This document shows positions 58,766 through 64,000 of a stretch of 64,000 nt of DNA, piece after piece. Position 1 is the stretch's first letter. Each line of letters opens with the position of its first letter. Below the pieces are notes generated by a model, which saw only the letters and a list, made by a program, of their open reading frames with translations, ran no database searches and was not told the DNA's origin. Both the position numbers and the translations under genes were made by a program. The stretch covers positions 44,330,001 through 44,394,000 of the forward strand of contig NC_087453.1 of the NCBI RefSeq assembly GCF_036321535.1. The letters run 5' to 3'. This DNA is from Camelus dromedarius. Lineage: Eukaryota.

Positions 58766-59994
58766 ACAGGGTCACGTCTTTGGGGGACTTGTCACTTCAG
58801 CTCTGCGTGTGCGGAGGTTTTGGACAGGGAACACGGTCTGGGAAAGAATCAGGTATGAGGTCACAACGTAGAGGAGCCGCACTGCATCCCCTGCCGCTCG
58901 CTGGGCATGCCTGGCGCCGTGGACGGACAGTGGAGTGCGGCTTGGCCCGTGCAAAGTTTAGAAAAAGGGTTTTCTGTGTTGCTGTTGTGAAGGAGGGAGA
59001 AATAAATAAGGCCTGGAAGCTGGCCACGGCCGAAGCAAGGCTCCCATTTTAAACCCTAAGCCTTGGGCTGCAAATTAGCCCTGCATGGAAAAGGAAACTC
59101 AGCCAGCTGATTGCGAGGAAAGGAGATGTGGTCTGGACGAGACCTGGTCAGCGTGGTTGGCAGCATTCGGGAAGTCAATGAGGGAGAACACGGTGAACGC
59201 ATGAGCTGCTGTCAGAATTGAGGTTTGGACTTGGGGCCCCACGAGCCAGTGTGCTGAAGAACTTCTTTATCGTTGTTGCTTGTTTATAAAGGTTTAAACT
59301 TCCTTTGCTCGCTACCTTCTCCCCAAGATGAATGCTCACAGTGTCTGGAGGGTTTGGTGATAACAGCCCCGAAGCCCTGTCTTCCTTCATCTTGCAGCGA
59401 TGATGTATTTCCTTCGCCCGCCTGTCTCCTTATTCTGTGGTTACCAGAATTAAAGAGTCAGGTCCCGGGGAAGGGGGGTCTATAGTCTTTTTTTTTTTTT
59501 TAATTAAGAGAAATAAATGTGGTCAGTATCACATAAGCTTGAGGTGCGGATCTCTGTTCTTAAGAAAGAAAGAAAAAAATACATACAGGGAGCTAATTCT
59601 AGACCCCAAAAGTCTGCCTAATTGGGGACTTAAACCAAGGCAGTGCTTTTGGGGTACATTAGTCTGTACCCAGGTGGCAGGGGCTGCGAGCAGGCGAGGC
59701 GTAATTGTTAGACCTGGAAAATTCCTGTCTGACCGAGAGAACTTCAGAAACAGGCAGATGAACCCTGCGTGGCAGGAATGTGCTCTGCAAGGTGGCGGGT
59801 GGCACTGGTGTGACCACGTGGCCCGTGCCCCTCGGGTGGACCCTTCACGTCGCCAGGTGCACGTCCTCAGCAGGTGACATCTGCTGTGTCAGTTGCTGTG
59901 CGGCACTGGTATGGGTTTTGTCTTTTTTTTTTTTAACCAAAGTAGAGGCAGTCTGATACAATTTTTTTGGAACTTTCAAATTTTAGTCTCAAAA

Positions 59995-60109
59995 TTCTTT
60001 TTTGGAGGAGGAGGTAATTAGATTTTTTTTTAAATGGAGGGACTGGGGATTGAACCCAGGACCTCATGCATGCTAAGCACGTGCTCTACCACTGAGCTCT
60101 ACCCTCCCC
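59995..60109 (-). mobile_element. Vic-1-type camelid SINE
   Basis: ggaggtaattagattt..ctggggattgaacccaggacctcatgcatgctaagcacgtgctctaccactgagctctaccctcccc. Confidence 0.92.
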
Positions 60110-60315
60110 TCCAGTTTTATCTTTGTTAGAAATGTGGGGCCCCAGGTGTGTGCTCACACTCACGGGTCTCTCAGTCACCTTTAGTAACTGGGAGACAGGT
60201 GCTGTGGGATGCTCAACCGAACTCAGCCGGCCGCTGCTTCTGCTGCACAATGGGGTCAAAAATAATTAAATCTCTACAAAGACCTCCCCTCCTACCTCAG
60301 GCCACTGTACCCCCC

Positions 60316-60354
60316 CCACACACACACACAGACATACACACACACACACAGACA
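60316..60354 (+). repeat. Interrupted (CA)n microsatellite
   Basis: Directly visible. Confidence 0.8.
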
Positions 60355-60522
60355 TAATCTCATGGGTTTCGTCTTATGGCTGAAACCATGGATTTGGGGT
60401 TGAGGGAGAGTATGATTTTTCATATTGTTATAAATTATTGCTTTTGGTAGAACTTGTTAGCATTCTTATAGAATTGCTGACAGTACACTATGGTACAGAC
60501 GCTGGCTGGGCAGTATTGAATA

Positions 60523-61100
60523 TGCATTCATTCATCCACCCATTCAGTAACTCGTCTTTCTGGGGAGGTTGCTGTTTGCCAGGTACCGTCCTTGGGGCCA
60601 GGGAGTAGGTAGTGAGCAAAACCACACCTGGTTCTCACCCGCCGGGAACTCACAGCGTCATAGGGAGGCAGGTGGTTGTCAAATCACATTCACGTGTGCG
60701 TTTGCCTGTTTAGTGTCCAGTACTGTTTAGTGTTATAAATGCTGCGGTACTGTGAGCTCATACAACAGATCTGAGGTCAGAAGGGGTTCACAGAGAAGAG
60801 AGTGACAGTGGGGCTGGCACCCACAGAGAGAATATTGACCAGGTGAAGGTAGAGGGAAGTTGTGCAAAGGCCCTGTGGTCTGAAGGAGCAGGGCATGTTG
60901 GAGGAACTGGAACAGGGCTGCAGAACAGGAAAGAGGGAGGGGCTCCAGGTGAAGCTGGAGGCTTGGCAGCAACCCAACAGTGCAGGTCTTGGCGGGTCAT
61001 GTTCAGGAGGCGAACTGGATTCCAGGGACTGCAGGGGGTCTGCTTTCATCGGGATGGCTTCACGTTTGGAGGAGGTACCTCTGGAGCCACATGTGGAGAG
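60523..61100 (-). mobile_element. L2a LINE 3' portion
   Basis: gcattcattcatccacccattcag tail..ccaggtaccgtccttggggccaggg..tgtgcaaaggccctgtgg. Confidence 0.75.
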
Positions 61101-61706
61101 ACCCTCCTAGCCACTGTCTGGTGCGGACCAGAAGGGAAGACTCAACCCAGAGTGACAGTGTCGACTTTCTGCACGTTTGTGTTTCTTCTCTCACTTTTCC
61201 TTTGGATGGTGGGGCTCTGGGCTGACAGTCTCTGAAAGTTGGGGGTACTTATTAAAGGAAGGGTGGGTGGAATATTATGGAAGGGTATTCCTTGGGATCT
61301 GGAGTGAGTAGGAATACCACACACCAGCATTAATGGGTAAGGTAATTATGATGCTGGCAGGTAAACTGGTATCTCAGATGAGTCCATCCATCAAACCTTG
61401 GCCATGAAGTTCAAGTTCCTATTTTAAACCAGTTTTTCCTTTGACGTCCAGAATAAAGCATAAGAGGGTTTCCTTGGCAGCAAATCTCAAGTGATAGGGC
61501 ATTGGGGAATGATTTCTGACTCTTTGTAATTATGAGCTAGGCTACAATCAAAATCGATTAATAACCTGGGTGGCGCAGACCAAGGTGGGTGGGGGGAGGG
61601 GAGGAGCATAAACGTGCTTAACTCAGCGTCCTGCTGTTATAAGGGCTCGTTAACACCAGTACCACAGTCACCAGCAGGAATGTCCTGCCTCACTCTCTTG
61701 CCTTTT

Positions 61707-62125
61707 CTATTCATTCCTTCATTCATTCCGTTCATCCTTTCAACAAATGCGTACTGAACACCTACTATACTGGGCATTACAGGTGTCGGGGACATCACTG
61801 TGAGCAAAGCTACATCCTCGTCACTGTAAAGCTTACCTTCTGGTTGGGGGGAAGTGAGTAAGTAAATAAAAACCAAATCAATGTATTATCTGGCCAAGGG
61901 GGATAAGAGCTGACTAGAAAAATAAAGCAGGAAAAGAGGATGGAGAGAGATGGATAAGATGGTTCAGGAAGGCCTCTCTGAGGGCACACTGTCGGGTCAA
62001 GATGGGGGCAGAGGGTGTGGACTATGCAGATGACTAGGAAGCTGGAACCGCAGGTGCAAAGGCCCTGTGGCAGGAGGGGCTTTCAGGGCTTGTGGAGGAG
62101 GGAGGAGTCTAGCACAGCGTGGAGA
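61707..62125 (-). mobile_element. L2a LINE 3' portion
   Basis: attcattccttcattcattcc..caacaaatgcgtactgaacacctactat..ggttcaggaaggcctctctgag..gcaggtgcaaaggccctgtggcagg. Confidence 0.8.
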
Positions 62126-62899
62126 ATGCTGTACACTGTGTGTGCCAAGCTTCTGTTACTGTATAACTACAAGTCCCTAATAACAGGAGTGGGCCCCTCC
62201 TCCGGGTGGAGGTGGGGGGCAGCTCTGATAGACATGATTGGTGTCCACTGTCAGTTTTCTTTCCTTGTTCCTTGGGGCTCTGATTCCACCTCCCTCCCTC
62301 CCTCAGCACAGCTTAAGTCAGCAGCCATTCCTATACGAGGCAAAGGGTCCTAGAAGAAACGTCTTGAGAATTTTAGCAAGTCAAAATATTATTGTGTTGC
62401 CTGGCTGTCCGTCAGTTCTCAAGATTGACAAAAATCCCCATTTGTCTGGCAACATGGTGATGGAGGGGCAGGTGTCCCATGAAACATGCAACGCAGAAAT
62501 AAGCAATGGGAGTTGTCGTGCTGAAGTAGAAATTGAAGGAAATACATCTTCGGGTGAAATGGAAACACGCAAGTGATATTTGGGATGTCTGTTCTGCGTG
62601 CGATAGATGATGCTTCTGCCACGAGGATCCTTTCTGACGTTTACACGGACGCCTACCATGTGCCGGCTCTCTGCTGGGGGCCAGGAAGCATCCTTCAGTG
62701 CGTCAGCTTCTTGGTAAACATGCTCACAGTTTGTGTGATTCACTCCCTGTGAATAAATGCCATGATCTGGGCTGATCGATCGGGGTGCCAGGGCCTGCAG
62801 ATGGGGGAGAAAATGCCACTTCTTATCTGTGGGCGGAAATGTGAAAACCAGAAGTTCTCCTAAGGATGATGATTGCACGATGAGCGATCTGAGTCTGTG

Positions 62900-63420
62900 A
62901 GAAGTTTCAGAAACCTGATTACTGTTGATGATGATAATATGATTAATTAAAGCCGTGGAGGAATTAGTCTAATTGACTGCAGTGGGAGGAAGAAAAAAAA
63001 AATTGGTTTAAAAGAAAAATAAAGTGAGTTTTATTTATTTATTTTCCCACCTAAGAGTCATCGTGATTAAAATTAAGCAACTTCCTCATCTTTTTACAAG
63101 CGAACACGGAGAGGCTGTTATCTGTGCTCTGGAGGCTGGGTGGCTGGCAGGCATGAGATGAGAACTCGTGTCTCTGCTGATTCTGGAGCTGCCCGTAGCC
63201 CCCGGTGCGACCAGAGTCTCTCTGTACAGAGCCCCTCCCTCTGGGCTTTCCAGGCAACATAGAAACCTCTGGAATGAACTAAAACAAGATAACTCAAGTG
63301 TGCAAATGCGGAGGGGAAGAAGAGGGGTTAATGACAGATTCCCTCCATTGCCTGATCTGTCTTTTCCCAGCCAGAAATTAAGTTGTGAACAAACACAGCA
63401 CACTGGGTGGGAGAGGCTCC
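62900..63420. promoter_or_regulatory. Candidate conserved non-coding element(s)
   Basis: Repeat-free; TGATTAATTAA 62940-62950, AATTAG-T-CTAATT 62962-62974, RFX-like CTTTCCAGGCAAC 63246-63258, TTAATGACAG 63328-63337. Confidence 0.3.
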
Positions 63421-64000
63421 AGCAGGAGGCTGTGAGGCCGCAGCTGGGCGAGGGGACGGGGCGGCACGTCGCTCAGTGCTCCAATGCACTCTCTCGAGTG
63501 GCCACCCTGTGTCTCTGCAGCAAAGCCTGCAAAATTATGAGCTTTCAGCTCTGACAATGACCACTGACTCGGCTGCCAAAACATATTTTCCACCCATTTC
63601 TGATCAGGCTTCTGTTTAAATAGAGAGGAGAGGTGATCTCCTTTCGGAGTGATTCCAGCCTGATTCTCTGGGTGCCGGGGGTGAAGTCCTCAAGTCCAGT
63701 TGGAATGAGCTGATTTATCTTCTTTGGCAGCCCTGATCAGCGCCCTCCCGAGAGGCTGGGCTATAACTGGGAGGTAATCAAGACGATACACTTACTTCTC
63801 TGGTGCTGCTGGGCTCGCCCAGTCCTTTTTCCATAGACATTATCACTTCAGACAGCTGCTGTTCGTTGCTGCTCTTGTTGAACCCCCTACTTTAGGAAGA
63901 GAAATCTGGTGGTATTTCAAATGCCGTCAAATTCAGAAAACATAGAGGAGGAGCCGGCTTTCCTTGAACATTTTTCTATAGAAATTGAGGGGCTTTTTTT

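Noticed and set aside
12114-60109. tRNA gene calls for the A/B-box-containing elements
   Set aside because: They have SINE bodies, A-rich tails and TSDs rather than a complete cloverleaf with acceptor stem.
62395-62454. Inverted TGTTGCC..GGCAACA (RFX half-sites or tiny MITE)
   Set aside because: The 7-bp arms are 46 nt apart, too far for an X-box; no TSD; chance level.
1-64000. Window-wide enrichment of TGATTGAY (PBX) motifs
   Set aside because: About 7 seen versus about 4 expected under uniform composition, and some lie inside repeats; not a convincing enrichment without conservation data.

Overview
Mammalian genomic DNA, most likely a camelid (alpaca, llama or camel). The evidence is four copies of a Vic-1-type tRNA-derived SINE and artiodactyl-type L1 3' ends; I recognised no ruminant Bov-tA/BovB or pig PRE elements. 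It is a draft short-read assembly with seven N-gaps, six of them in or abutting retroelements. I recognise no protein-coding gene, tRNA, rRNA or CRISPR array. The ORF track is explained by GC-rich non-coding sequence, decayed L1/L2 and N-runs. The window reads as a GC-rich gene desert or very large intron. It holds old eutherian repeats (L2, MIR, L1MB/MC/ME, MLT1, six LTR16-like LTRs, MER21, MER2, MER3, MER58, Charlie4a), younger lineage-specific L1/SINE/ERV insertions, and repeat-free islands with homeodomain/TALE/POU motifs that look like developmental enhancers. I did not find convincing evidence of a new biological system. The best leads are: (1) a TSD-flanked chimeric insertion of an L1 fragment fused to an unknown AT-rich 3'UTR-like segment (52095-52996); (2) a probable 5'-truncated retrocopy of an unidentified gene inside an old L1MC (4091-4571); (3) a probable twin-primed inverted L1 spanning a gap, whose inverted half shows a strong AT-to-GC substitution bias (44790-45770); (4) a hierarchical 8/24-bp minisatellite (40384-40720); (5) an apparent LTR16 cluster. 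Repeat subfamily names come from recalled consensus sequences and need RepeatMasker/Dfam confirmation. Boundaries of old repeats are approximate (tens of bp).
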